Assembly (NCBI GenBank): GCA_964561855.1
Contig: CAZLQP010000003.1
Span: forward strand, 80,949 to 144,948
DNA length: 64,000 bases
Source of the DNA: an uncultured Burkholderiales bacterium
Lineage (GTDB): Bacteria; Actinomycetota; Acidimicrobiia; IMCC26256; JAGPDB01
Direction: 5' to 3'
The notes under the pieces are model-generated. The model had not been told where the DNA came from. It did not search any database and worked only from the letters and a program-made list of their open reading frames with translations. The translations under genes were made by a program, and so were the position numbers. Below, one piece after another: positions 37,151 through 47,020 of the stretch (within the stretch, counting starts at the first letter, position 1; every line of letters begins with the position of its first letter).

Positions 37151-37587
37151 TGGTTAGCACACTGCTCGATTTTGCTTCCTCTCACGCTAGCTACAGCAGC
37201 CCAAAGATCCGTTGCTGTTATTGTCCCTAGAAAAGCCTTCTGAGTTACACCAGCTGAGTCACATACTATTAATGTAGGTACTGCCTCTATCGAATATTTT
37301 TCGTGCAAAGTTTTTCCTTCAACATCTTGATAATCAGCTATATACACACCGACTTTTTCGGTAATTAAAACTTCAGCTTTACTTTTAACCAAATTACACG
37401 ATTCACAACTACTTGATGAAAACAAAACCACGACTGCTTCTTTGTCTGTCATACCGAAATCAGAAGTATCAATTTTTGCAGGAGCGTCATAAGAAGGTAT
37501 TACAGTCTCAGCTCTTTTTGATCGGCTTACCCAAATGAGGACTGCTACTACACTCACCACTAACGATGAATAAATCACCCAAATCAT
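37147..37587 (-). CDS. Membrane-anchored thioredoxin-like protein (CxxC = CESC)
   Basis: 146 aa with an N-terminal TM and the pattern FSSSSCESC ... VPTLIV typical of the thioredoxin fold. Confidence 0.65.
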   Translation of the reverse strand: MIWVIYSSLVVSVVAVLIWVSRSKRAETVIPSYDAPAKIDTSDFGMTDKEAVVVLFSSSSCESCNLVKSKAEVLITEKVGVYIADYQDVEGKTLHEKYSIEAVPTLIVCDSAGVTQKAFLGTITATDLWAAVASVRGSKIEQCANH

Positions 37588-39038
37588 GGAGCTAAGTTTA
37601 TTCCAGAACTATACCTAGATTGCCTATCATTAGAAATCCCGACAGATATTCGCTTGTCAGAGCTAAGAGTTAGCATCACACTAGTGTTCGGATCAGTAAA
37701 ATCGATCGGTATTGCGATAAAGCTCTGGCCTTTTACTTCAATTTTTGTATCTTTCACATCCTTAGAATATTTAATCGTGACATTTGCAACGTCTTTACTC
37801 GGATTATATAAATACAAAATGTCTTCACCTCTTGCAGGCAAGACAAAAGCTTGAGATTGTTTGTGCAATAAATCTCCAGAAGCAACAGCATTATTTCTAC
37901 GACTTAACCACGAACCAAAAACCCCTTGAGAGTCTTGACTTTCAGCGCTTTCAAGTAGTGCAGCCAACATTCTGGGCAAGAAATCTTGACCAGGAACCTC
38001 AAAGTTCCCTTGGGAATTCGCAATCATCGATTGAGGTTCTAAACTCACGAAGCGATTGTCATTTGAAAACGCTTCAAGAGACACCGACTGCGATGTCGCA
38101 GTGTCATTGTATCCACTAACAAAATCAGCTCGAGCACCAGGAACGAACGATTTTTTGTTGCTCTCCAACGCCGAAGAGCTTCCAATAATTGTTTGGCCAA
38201 AAATATCGTCTAGCCCATCGAAAGTTTGAAGAACTTCACCCACAAAAAATCCACTTCTAGCTGACACTTTTAAATTCAACTGGCTATATCTTCCATATTC
38301 TTGTTGCAGATTAATTGATGTCCTACCTCGCGCTGAGATAATTACTCCTCGAGTTTCACCTAATCCTGCTCTAGGAGGATCAACTGTCCCATCAAGGAAT
38401 TGCGCTGTAATATCGACTACTACTGCTTGAGCATACGGATTAGAAAGAACTAACTCGGCATTTGAGTTACGCAATGTTTGGATTCCCAAATAATGTTTTA
38501 CAGCAGAAGTTGCAGATTTACACTGCACGAATTCTATTCCATCGCTTAAATTTAGAACTCTGAATGGAACTACAGAACCAGCAAAACTTTCTATATAAAG
38601 CGACGCGTCTGCCTTATCGGTGATATCTGATAACGCTACCTCTATGCTACTGAGTTTAGGAACGTCAACATTTTTTCTTCCCAACACTGCCCCATCGCTT
38701 GCATGAGCCATGACTTTTACTTGCGCTGATCGATCGGAATCGGCATTCGTTAAAATCACCAGATCATCTTGAGATGGATCGCCCGCTATTGGACATGACC
38801 AAGAAGTAGAAAATGCACTTACATTCACTGCATCAACAGGAGGGTCAACTGACTGAGCTTTAGATTCATTTCCGAATCCACCGCTTAAACTAACACCGGC
38901 AACTATCAATGAAATAGTAACAAAAAATGTGAGCAATCCTAACCGTGAGTTCTCGTTAGAATTTCTAAATCTGAAAAATCTCAGTTTGCCTACTAGGCCT
39001 TGTTTTTCCTTTGCTTTTTCCAGCTTAATTCGACTCAT
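37584..39038 (-). CDS. Secreted/anchored hypothetical protein (DUF5719-like partner of the upstream glycosyltransferase)
   Basis: 484 aa with an N-terminal TM/signal and 4-nt overlaps with both neighbours. The family assignment is from memory of actinobacterial gene neighbourhoods. Confidence 0.5.
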   Translation of the reverse strand: MSRIKLEKAKEKQGLVGKLRFFRFRNSNENSRLGLLTFFVTISLIVAGVSLSGGFGNESKAQSVDPPVDAVNVSAFSTSWSCPIAGDPSQDDLVILTNADSDRSAQVKVMAHASDGAVLGRKNVDVPKLSSIEVALSDITDKADASLYIESFAGSVVPFRVLNLSDGIEFVQCKSATSAVKHYLGIQTLRNSNAELVLSNPYAQAVVVDITAQFLDGTVDPPRAGLGETRGVIISARGRTSINLQQEYGRYSQLNLKVSARSGFFVGEVLQTFDGLDDIFGQTIIGSSSALESNKKSFVPGARADFVSGYNDTATSQSVSLEAFSNDNRFVSLEPQSMIANSQGNFEVPGQDFLPRMLAALLESAESQDSQGVFGSWLSRRNNAVASGDLLHKQSQAFVLPARGEDILYLYNPSKDVANVTIKYSKDVKDTKIEVKGQSFIAIPIDFTDPNTSVMLTLSSDKRISVGISNDRQSRYSSGINLAP

Positions 39039-42000
39039 TTAGAAACCTCTTCGTTTTCCATTTCATCCATCGAGTCAACGATTTCATCAAACTTATGTTC
39101 AGAACTTAGATCTAAACTTTTTTCTTCAAAATCCAAGCCATCGGCATCAATTTCGTCAGCTGGTTTTAAGTCTTTGTCGTTTTTCTTTTTTCTAAACTTT
39201 TCAGATCCAGTAAAAACTTTGTTAGTCATTTTGCTGGCCAAAATTGGAGTCTCAGCTAACAGTCGTTTTCTTCGAGGCCAGAGAACTATTGAACTTAAAG
39301 CCACAATTGAAAAAGCAGAAACAATGAGAGTCATCAGCGAAACTCCGGGAGAATATAATTCAGTCTCGGGAGATTCAACTGTAGAAACCACTTCGGCAAG
39401 TTCGATATCTCGAGCACGCTGATCAAATCCAAAACTTTCATTTAGTTCTGAATTAACATAAACAACCAAACCTTCACGATCACCAAGTCTGATCAGATCT
39501 GTTTGCGTGTCGAATGCCCTGAGTAATGGAGCATCAGATTCGATGACACGCTGACCTGGAGCAATTGAGGTTGGGATTACGATTGCTTCGATACCTAGTC
39601 GGGCAAACATTCTGCCTGAATGTTGAGTCTCTCTAGCCATCACTTTCGAGTAAATCGCTCTCACTTCATCATCTAGTGAAGTTGCTGGTCCGACTCTTGA
39701 AGTAAGGATAGAAGGTTGTGCCCCTGCAGATAACATAAAACTTCTATTTAATGGCGCTAAGACGCTACGTCCAGGTACTGTCTTAGAATTTCCTAGATAC
39801 AATACCCGGGAATTTTGCTCAACATTAAGTTGATTAGACCAACTTCGCTGTGGCAATCCCATGTTTCCATCTTTAAGAACCCACCCACTTGAAATCGATA
39901 TTGCGAATACAGCCAAAACACTCAAAGCTGTTCCGATGTGAGCGAGCCCAAAAGATCTTTGCTTCATTTCATCAAAGTATGAGCTAAGACAAACACCGAC
40001 GCTTAAAGCACATATCAATTGCAATAAAGCTATCTGAACGCTTGAATCAAGAAGTGGTTGATCAATAGAAACCAGATAACCTGCAACGCTGAATAACAGC
40101 CCAAAAGTAACTACTAATACTCTGATGTCGCTCACTTTTTCGTTACGGCAAATCATTAGAGCCCAAAGGGTGATAGCAGCTGTGATGAATGTAAAAACAG
40201 TCGTGCTTGTATTTGGAAAGATGTACTGTTCAAGCGACAAAGAAGCATCACTTAAACCAAGTAGAGATCGATCTATTCCTTTAATCGAATCGACGATTAT
40301 TCCAATGTTAACTATTAAGCCAATTGCTATTGCTGTAATGGTAAATTTCAATCCGTCAATAAGCGCCCTAAGTGATCCTTCTTTGATTGTACGCTGAGAC
40401 TGATGTCCAACAATAGAAAAAGCAAATGCCAACACCATGATCAACGTTATTGCAGAAGGCACAAATGCAACCATTAATGCTGTTGTAATTGCAGCTTGAC
40501 GCAACTTTCCATTCCCAAATGCTTTTAACAAATATGGAATCAACGCGATCAAAATAAGCGAGTCAATTCCACCTTGAGAGAATGCAAAAATTCCAAGCCC
40601 AAAAGAAACGTAAACCAAAACGCCAGCGGTATTTGATCTTCCAACCACACCACGGTCTCTCATTAGTAATTTAATTCCTAAAGCCCCTATAGGTAATAGC
40701 GACAGAATAAAAACTATTTGAGCAATAGATGAATTTCCTAAGAACAATGCCGTCAATAAGATAGAGACCAACCTTGCTAAAGTCGAAGAATATGCAGGTT
40801 CACTACCGACTGGAAATCCACCGTGCAACAAAGCATTTATCTGCGTATCCAAATTTGGCCAGCTTGTAAAATTACCCACTGCAGGTATTGAGCTAAAAAT
40901 AAGGCTTCGAGCTGCAATCAAATAAACAACAACCGCCGCAAAGTAATATCCGAATTCACTTGTTTTGTTTGCATACTTCTGAGATGCATAAGATTTAGAA
41001 GCCGAGGCTAATTGCTTTAATTGTCTATTACGTGTAAAGAAAGTTATAAATTTTCTAACTCGTGCAGAGCCTGCGATCTGATATCTCGAAATAACACGAT
41101 CAGGAACTTCACGCGTCTTTTGAATCTGTTTTCTGGTCTTAAGTAACTCGCGAATATTTTTCAGATTCCAAAGCCATCCAGAAAATAAAGTTGCTGAACG
41201 ACCCGGATTAAGTTTAAAAAGCCAAACGATTCCCTCGATCGAATGCAATAAGAACGCAAGAGGCAATATCCAAAACAGTGATGTTTTAGATGAGTTTTTA
41301 ACTACAGCTCTCATCCGATGACGAGCAACTATGGCTTTCGAAGATATTCGAGACTTTCGTTGATGGTCGCTTGCTCTATGGTGGTAAACAACAGCATCAG
41401 GCTGCACAAGTACTCGTGCACCTAACAAATGCGCACGCCATGCAAGATCGATATCTTCAGCACCTGGAAAACATTTTTCATCGAAACCTTCTAGTGCTCT
41501 AAATAAATCTGCTCTAACAAGCATTGTTGCACTTGAAGCATAAAAAACATCTCTTATTCCGTCATGTTGTCCTTGATCAACTTCTTCTGGTTCGATTCCA
41601 CTAAATGGAACACCAAATCTGTCGATCATCCCACCGACTTCTATCAGTTCACTTGGGTGTTGGGCATCGAGAATTTTTGGGCCGACAATTGATGCGTTCG
41701 ACCTAAATGCTTCTTCAACCATCAGCGCTATCGCACCTCGTTTGATTATTACATCATCGTGACAAATCAGAACATAAGTAGCGCCTTCTATTGAATCCAC
41801 AGCAATATTTACTGCTTTCGCGAAGTTAATCTTGTCGTCGGTTCTTTTTACAAAGGCTGAGGGTAAAGTCTCTGAGACTCGATCTTTGATCTCCTCTTCA
41901 GAATTCACATCCAGCACTAATGTGGTCAAATCTGGATAATCTTCATTATTAAGAGATGTTAGACATTCCTCCAGCCATTCCCCAGGATTATGGGCTACTA

Positions 42001-42094
42001 CTACAGCTACTACACTCGGCCAAGCGAAAGCCGGGCCACTGTTTTGATCGTCTATATCTGGGTTATCTGAATGATTGGCTTCTTCAATTTTCAT
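39035..42094 (-). CDS. Giant glycosyltransferase: N-terminal GT2 (GT-A) domain fused to a large polytopic membrane domain
   Basis: 1019 aa. The N-terminal ~300 aa show the GT2 pattern (VVAVVVAHNPGEWLEECLTSL, CHDDV, GAEDIDLAWR), followed by more than 12 hydrophobic helices. Confidence 0.8.
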   Translation of the reverse strand: MKIEEANHSDNPDIDDQNSGPAFAWPSVVAVVVAHNPGEWLEECLTSLNNEDYPDLTTLVLDVNSEEEIKDRVSETLPSAFVKRTDDKINFAKAVNIAVDSIEGATYVLICHDDVIIKRGAIALMVEEAFRSNASIVGPKILDAQHPSELIEVGGMIDRFGVPFSGIEPEEVDQGQHDGIRDVFYASSATMLVRADLFRALEGFDEKCFPGAEDIDLAWRAHLLGARVLVQPDAVVYHHRASDHQRKSRISSKAIVARHRMRAVVKNSSKTSLFWILPLAFLLHSIEGIVWLFKLNPGRSATLFSGWLWNLKNIRELLKTRKQIQKTREVPDRVISRYQIAGSARVRKFITFFTRNRQLKQLASASKSYASQKYANKTSEFGYYFAAVVVYLIAARSLIFSSIPAVGNFTSWPNLDTQINALLHGGFPVGSEPAYSSTLARLVSILLTALFLGNSSIAQIVFILSLLPIGALGIKLLMRDRGVVGRSNTAGVLVYVSFGLGIFAFSQGGIDSLILIALIPYLLKAFGNGKLRQAAITTALMVAFVPSAITLIMVLAFAFSIVGHQSQRTIKEGSLRALIDGLKFTITAIAIGLIVNIGIIVDSIKGIDRSLLGLSDASLSLEQYIFPNTSTTVFTFITAAITLWALMICRNEKVSDIRVLVVTFGLLFSVAGYLVSIDQPLLDSSVQIALLQLICALSVGVCLSSYFDEMKQRSFGLAHIGTALSVLAVFAISISSGWVLKDGNMGLPQRSWSNQLNVEQNSRVLYLGNSKTVPGRSVLAPLNRSFMLSAGAQPSILTSRVGPATSLDDEVRAIYSKVMARETQHSGRMFARLGIEAIVIPTSIAPGQRVIESDAPLLRAFDTQTDLIRLGDREGLVVYVNSELNESFGFDQRARDIELAEVVSTVESPETELYSPGVSLMTLIVSAFSIVALSSIVLWPRRKRLLAETPILASKMTNKVFTGSEKFRKKKNDKDLKPADEIDADGLDFEEKSLDLSSEHKFDEIVDSMDEMENEEVSK

Positions 42095-42120
42095 GGGATG
42101 AATATTCTACACTATTTGCT

Positions 42121-42140
42121 CTGCTTGCTTCTGCAAGCAG
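42121..42140. promoter_or_regulatory. Perfect 8-bp stem / 4-nt loop palindrome CTGCTTGC-TTCT-GCAAGCAG in a divergent spacer
   Basis: It lies 27 nt from the glycosyltransferase start codon and directly upstream of the small-ORF starts at 42145/42160. Confidence 0.45.
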
Positions 42141-42159
42141 GTACATGTACAATGGTGAT

Positions 42160-42483
42160 ATGTCAGATTTAAAAACAAACATCAGAGATGGTGCATACGT
42201 TGCATTAGGTGCAGCTGCGCTTGGAGTTTCCCAAATCTCCAAAAAGACGGACGAAATCAAAGTTCATCTAAACACTTTTACTTCCAAGTTAGAACCAGCG
42301 CTAAAAGATGTAACGCCTAAAATTATCGAAGCAAAGAATGCAGTTTCAGAGACAGTTTCACCACTGACAGAAAAAGTTGGACCGGTCGCTAATAACGTCG
42401 TTTCACAAGTTAAATGTTATACACAATCAGCATTGAGCTCTTCTAAAAAAATTGCAGAAGAAGCAAAAAAACGCGTCTCTTAA
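42160..42483 (+). CDS. Small hypothetical helical protein (Ala/Lys/Ser/Val-rich)
   Basis: The track ORF (41956) overlaps the glycosyltransferase start, so the plausible starts are ATG 42145 or 42160. It has no Cys cluster and is not WhiB-like. Confidence 0.45.
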   Translation: MSDLKTNIRDGAYVALGAAALGVSQISKKTDEIKVHLNTFTSKLEPALKDVTPKIIEAKNAVSETVSPLTEKVGPVANNVVSQVKCYTQSALSSSKKIAEEAKKRVS

Positions 42484-42489
42484 ATATCA

Positions 42490-43428
42490 ATGAACTTGAC
42501 CATCCTCTGCGGAGGTATAGGTGCGGCAAAATTACTTCAAGGATTTGCAGAACTAGATTCTCTTGAATATGACTTAAACATCACTGCAGTGGTTAATACT
42601 GCAGATGATGACTACTTTTACGGATTCCGAGTATGTCCTGACCTTGATTCAATTGTTTATCATTTAGCCAACATCAACGACCCTATTCGAGGATGGGGAA
42701 GAAAAAATGAAACCTTTAATTTCGTTAACACTTTGCGAGATCTAGGTGTAGATGCTTGGTTTAATCTGGGCGACAAAGATTTGGCACTGAATAAAATTCG
42801 TACCGATTTGTTAAAAAATGGATGTCCCCTAACGCAAGCTACAAATGAAATATCAAAGTTACTCAAAATTGAAAAAATCAATGTTCTACCAATGACAGAC
42901 ATTGAAGTTCAAACCTCAATCAATTCCTTGACGCATGGCAGACTCACAATGCAAGAATACTTCGTGAGAGAAAAATGTAATCCACAAATTCAAACCATTA
43001 GTTATCTAAACATTCCTAATAACACGACAGCTCAAGTTAGAGAAGCAATATTGAAGAGTGACCACATTCTCATAGCACCTTCGAATCCTTTTCTATCGAT
43101 TTTTCCAATTTTGGAAATTCAAGAAATTAGTAACCTCCTAAGAGAGCATGAAAACAAGGTCTGTGCGATATCACCTCTCGTTAATGGTGACAGCGTTAAA
43201 GGCCCACTATCAAAAATACTTAAAGAATTGGGTTTCAAAGTCAATAACAGTACAATTGCAAATCTATATTCTGGCTTCATCTCCGACTTAGTCGTTAACT
43301 CTGGTGAAGAACCAAATCTGAAAGATTTAGGCTCCCCTGTTCTAGTTCATAGCACCGAAACTTATATGGATAATTTAGAATCAAAAACTAAACTTGCAGA
43401 GTTCTTAGTGAAAGATGTGTTGTCTTGA
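42490..43428 (+). CDS. cofD: 2-phospho-L-lactate (or PEP-derived) transferase CofD/FbiA (F420 biosynthesis)
   Basis: 312 aa with N-terminal LCGGIGAAKLLQGF and an overall CofD pattern. It overlaps the downstream cofE by 4 nt (TTGA). Confidence 0.75.
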   Translation: MNLTILCGGIGAAKLLQGFAELDSLEYDLNITAVVNTADDDYFYGFRVCPDLDSIVYHLANINDPIRGWGRKNETFNFVNTLRDLGVDAWFNLGDKDLALNKIRTDLLKNGCPLTQATNEISKLLKIEKINVLPMTDIEVQTSINSLTHGRLTMQEYFVREKCNPQIQTISYLNIPNNTTAQVREAILKSDHILIAPSNPFLSIFPILEIQEISNLLREHENKVCAISPLVNGDSVKGPLSKILKELGFKVNNSTIANLYSGFISDLVVNSGEEPNLKDLGSPVLVHSTETYMDNLESKTKLAEFLVKDVLS

Positions 43429-44120
43429 TTCAAATAGTTCCAATTGAAGGTATCGGAAAAATAGCGCCAAAGATGCAAATTGCAGATTTGATTGCTAACA
43501 ATGCAGCCGAACACTTCCCTTTAAATGAAAATGACTGCATTGTCGTAGCATCAAAAGTAGTTGCTAAAGCTCAAGGACGCATTTACAAACTTCAAGATGG
43601 CGAGACCAAACTCGATATTGTAGTACGAGAATCAAAACGAATTCTGCGACAACGTGACAGTATGTTAATTACTGAAACGAATCATGGTTTCATCTGTGCC
43701 AATGCTGGAATTGATGAATCTAATTGTGAAGAAGATGAGTTAATTCTCTTACCTGAAAATTTAGATTCAACTGCAAACGGATTACGTAAAAGATTTGAAT
43801 CAATTACAGGTTTTAACTGCCCTTTTATTATTAGCGACACTTTTGGCAGACCATTTAGAGAAGGCCAAATTAATGTTGCATTAGGTTTTTCAGGCTTGAA
43901 ATCAATAGCTGACTATAGAGGGGAAATTGATTTCTATGGCAATGAACTAATAAACACTCAAATTGCGATTCCGGATGAAATAGCAGCAGCCGCTGAACTT
44001 GTAATGAAAAAATCAACCGGAATCTGTGCAGTGATTGTACGAGGAATCGACAATGAATATCTAGGCAATGGTAAAGGATCAGACCTTATACGAAATCCTC
44101 GAAAAGATTTATTTCGCTAG
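43425..44120 (+). CDS. cofE: Coenzyme F420-0:L-glutamate ligase CofE (stand-alone, without the FbiB C-terminal nitroreductase-like domain)
   Basis: 231 aa with motifs VVASKVVAKAQGR and CANAGIDESN. The start is TTG. Confidence 0.8.
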   Translation: MIQIVPIEGIGKIAPKMQIADLIANNAAEHFPLNENDCIVVASKVVAKAQGRIYKLQDGETKLDIVVRESKRILRQRDSMLITETNHGFICANAGIDESNCEEDELILLPENLDSTANGLRKRFESITGFNCPFIISDTFGRPFREGQINVALGFSGLKSIADYRGEIDFYGNELINTQIAIPDEIAAAAELVMKKSTGICAVIVRGIDNEYLGNGKGSDLIRNPRKDLFR

Positions 44121-45059
44121 TTAATTTTGTGCTCGATACCATTCGATAGTTCGACCAACCCCATCTTCTAATGAAGTAAAAGGATTAAATCCCAAATGTA
44201 ATTGCGCACGTTTAAAATCTAAATAAGAATCCACTATCTCTCCATCTCGTGCAGGAGCATATCTTGGAGGGTCTTTGTATTTGAGCTTATCGGCAATCAA
44301 ATCAAACAAACTTTGAACAGATGTTTGCTTTGATGTTCCGATATTCATAGACAGCCCAGAACCTTTATCTAGACTTCTCACAAAAGCATCAACCACATCA
44401 TCTACAAAAATGAAATCTCTAGTCTGTGTTCCGTCTCCGAATATACTTGGTCGCTCTCTTACCATCATCTGAGAAATAAATCTTGCAACCACTCCGCCTT
44501 CTTGCGCTGTAGATTGCCTCGGACCGTAGACATTTGCTAACACTAATGCGACAAATTCAAGTTCATACATTGATCTGTAACAATTCAAATAGTCAAGAAC
44601 AGCACGTTTAGATGCTCCATATTGAGAAAGCGGGACCAACGGATGCCCCTCTCTTAAAGGCAAAGTTTGAGGTTCTCCATATATCCCTGCAGTTGCTGCA
44701 AAAACTACTTTCGAGACCTTCGCTTTAACACAACCTTCTAAAACATTGATAGATCCGATAATGTTGGTCTCTGCATCGATTGCAGGTTTTGCCATAGAAG
44801 CAGCAACGTCTGATTGTGCTGCGAGATGCATAACCACATCTGGTTTTGATTTAACAATAAAATCAGTGACTCCACTCGATTTTATATCAAGCCTATGGAA
44901 TGAAAACTTTCGCTGTCCATTCCTTCTGGCATCGGCAAGGTTCAATAACGAGCCTGAAGATAGGTCATCAACAACATCGACATTATGTCCTTCAGCAAGT
45001 AAACGATCCACAAGATGAGATCCGATAAAACCTGCTCCACCTGTAACTAATATGCGCAT
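44121..45059 (-). CDS. NAD-dependent sugar-nucleotide epimerase/dehydratase (GalE-like SDR)
   Basis: 312 aa with GGAGFIGSH and the catalytic YGASK. Confidence 0.8.
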   Translation of the reverse strand: MRILVTGGAGFIGSHLVDRLLAEGHNVDVVDDLSSGSLLNLADARRNGQRKFSFHRLDIKSSGVTDFIVKSKPDVVMHLAAQSDVAASMAKPAIDAETNIIGSINVLEGCVKAKVSKVVFAATAGIYGEPQTLPLREGHPLVPLSQYGASKRAVLDYLNCYRSMYELEFVALVLANVYGPRQSTAQEGGVVARFISQMMVRERPSIFGDGTQTRDFIFVDDVVDAFVRSLDKGSGLSMNIGTSKQTSVQSLFDLIADKLKYKDPPRYAPARDGEIVDSYLDFKRAQLHLGFNPFTSLEDGVGRTIEWYRAQN

Positions 45060-45071
45060 AAGGCTGATATT

Positions 45072-46154
45072 CTAGACCTCAGAAGGTACCTTTGATGACT
45101 GCAGCTCAGAATTTGGATCGATTTTTTCATTTGCCCCAATTAGCGTATATTCCTCTAACTTAGAGTTGCGGCCAATTCTTGAACCTAGCGCTACGATACT
45201 TTTTTCTATAACACAGTCGTTTTCGATATGAACATCATCATGAATAACGGCATTTGAAATCACGCAATTATCTTCAATAATGCAATTATCTCCAATTACG
45301 GCTGAGTCCAGAATAACATTCCGGCCAATCTTTACATTATTTCCTATTAACGAGTTACCTTTGACTTGGAGATCATCTGAATATTGAGAATTCTTTGGAC
45401 CAAAAAGGCTCGCTGAGAGATTTTCTATGTTTATCAGAAGCTCATCTTCAGCAATATTTTCCAGGCCGTCAACATGAGCTTTGATGTATTTCTCTGGAGT
45501 ACCAATATCAAGCCAATAACTGGTCGATTCCTGAGCATACATTTTTGATTCCTGTAAAAGTTGAGGGAAGGTTTCTCTCTCAACAGAAACTTGAATATCT
45601 GCTGGTATCAAATCTAAAAACTCTGGTTTTAGAACATATGTTCCTGCATTTATCCAATGACTAGGAGCACTTTCACGAGGCGGTTTTTCAACAAAGGCTA
45701 TAACTTGTCCGTCTTCATGAGTTGGTACAACTCCAAATGCGGAAGGATCTTCAACGTATGTAAGCGAAATCGTTGCCATCGATCCATTGGATTTATGAAA
45801 ATCGACAAGAGCGCTAAGATCCATGTCTGTCAGTACATCGCCGTTACAAACGATAAAATCTCCATCTACATCTTGAGCTGCAAACTTGATCGCGCCCGCC
45901 GTACCTAATGGAGAATCCTCCACAACATACTTGATATGTAATCCATCAAATGGATTTGTAGAAAAATATTCTTCAAATTCATCTGGTAGATAGCCTAATG
46001 ACATAGTCACATCACTAACACCGTGCTTGAGAAGCCAGTGCAATTGTCTAACTAGAAATGGAATATTCAAAATCGGCAGAAGAGGTTTTGGTTTATGTAA
46101 TGTAAGAGGACGTAAGCGAGTACCTTTTCCGCCTACCAAAATGATTGCTTTCAT
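45072..46154 (-). CDS. manC: Sugar-1-phosphate nucleotidylyltransferase, probably mannose-1-phosphate guanylyltransferase
   Basis: 360 aa with N-terminal ILVGGKGTRLRPLT and a C-terminal left-handed beta-helix of hexapeptide repeats. Its position matches the mycobacterial GDP-mannose pyrophosphorylase next to wbbL/rmlD. Confidence 0.7.
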   Translation of the reverse strand: MKAIILVGGKGTRLRPLTLHKPKPLLPILNIPFLVRQLHWLLKHGVSDVTMSLGYLPDEFEEYFSTNPFDGLHIKYVVEDSPLGTAGAIKFAAQDVDGDFIVCNGDVLTDMDLSALVDFHKSNGSMATISLTYVEDPSAFGVVPTHEDGQVIAFVEKPPRESAPSHWINAGTYVLKPEFLDLIPADIQVSVERETFPQLLQESKMYAQESTSYWLDIGTPEKYIKAHVDGLENIAEDELLINIENLSASLFGPKNSQYSDDLQVKGNSLIGNNVKIGRNVILDSAVIGDNCIIEDNCVISNAVIHDDVHIENDCVIEKSIVALGSRIGRNSKLEEYTLIGANEKIDPNSELQSSKVPSEV

Positions 46155-46156
46155 AT

Positions 46157-47020
46157 CTAACTAGATTCTATTCTAAATAGACGCAAAAGTAGCGCTATCG
46201 GAAGCCGAATTGTTATGAAAAGCAAGGTTAAAACTCTCATAATCGGTTGCGACCGATATTTCTTTCTGGAAAATATATACAAGCTCTTATGATGTTGGAA
46301 AATTAGACGATAAGGAGTTTTCGTTGACGAACCTCCTCCAACATGAGAAATCTTTGCGAGAGGTAAATATATCGACTTCCACCCTGCAAGTTTGAGCCTC
46401 CGGCCAAGATCTACATCTTCGCAATACATGAAAAAATCCTCATCCCAACCACCGATCTCATCTAAAGCCTTGCGACGAAGAAATAACGCAGCTCCTGAAA
46501 TCCAGTCAACCTCTCGAGTTTGATTTTGGTCTGCATCGAGTTCTTTATACCTTCTAGAAAAACGATTATTTGGTTTAAAAATTCCCAGCAATCCATGTCC
46601 TATTGCATTAACTATCGAAGGTTCGTTTCTAGCTGAAGGATAGATCACGCCATCTACATCGAGTATCTGCGGTCCGACACTTGCAACAGCATCATTCTCA
46701 GCAAGATATTCACAGGCTAGTTCAGCACATTTCAGATCCAATACAGTGTCTGGATTTAGAACGAGAATTATTTCTGAATCTGTATTTGCAATACCCAAGT
46801 TGACGGCTTTGGAGTATCCTAAATTAGCTTTGGGGTCGATAAAATGCACTCCGGCGAATTCTTTTTCTAATTTTGATTTTTCCTTTGCGTCCATACCGTT
46901 GACCACAACAACAATTTTTTGAGGTTGGTGCGATTGCCCTTCGACTGAAGACAAACAGCTAACCAAAAGATCTTTCGAGAAATACTCGACTACGACTACA
47001 GAAAAGTTCAAAGGCTTCAT
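46157..47020 (-). CDS. GT2 glycosyltransferase, WbbL-like rhamnosyltransferase by synteny
   Basis: 287 aa with a GT-A pattern (SVVVVEYFS, NPDTV, CEDVDLGRR). It overlaps rmlD by 4 nt. Confidence 0.7.
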   Translation of the reverse strand: MKPLNFSVVVVEYFSKDLLVSCLSSVEGQSHQPQKIVVVVNGMDAKEKSKLEKEFAGVHFIDPKANLGYSKAVNLGIANTDSEIILVLNPDTVLDLKCAELACEYLAENDAVASVGPQILDVDGVIYPSARNEPSIVNAIGHGLLGIFKPNNRFSRRYKELDADQNQTREVDWISGAALFLRRKALDEIGGWDEDFFMYCEDVDLGRRLKLAGWKSIYLPLAKISHVGGGSSTKTPYRLIFQHHKSLYIFSRKKYRSQPIMRVLTLLFITIRLPIALLLRLFRIESS

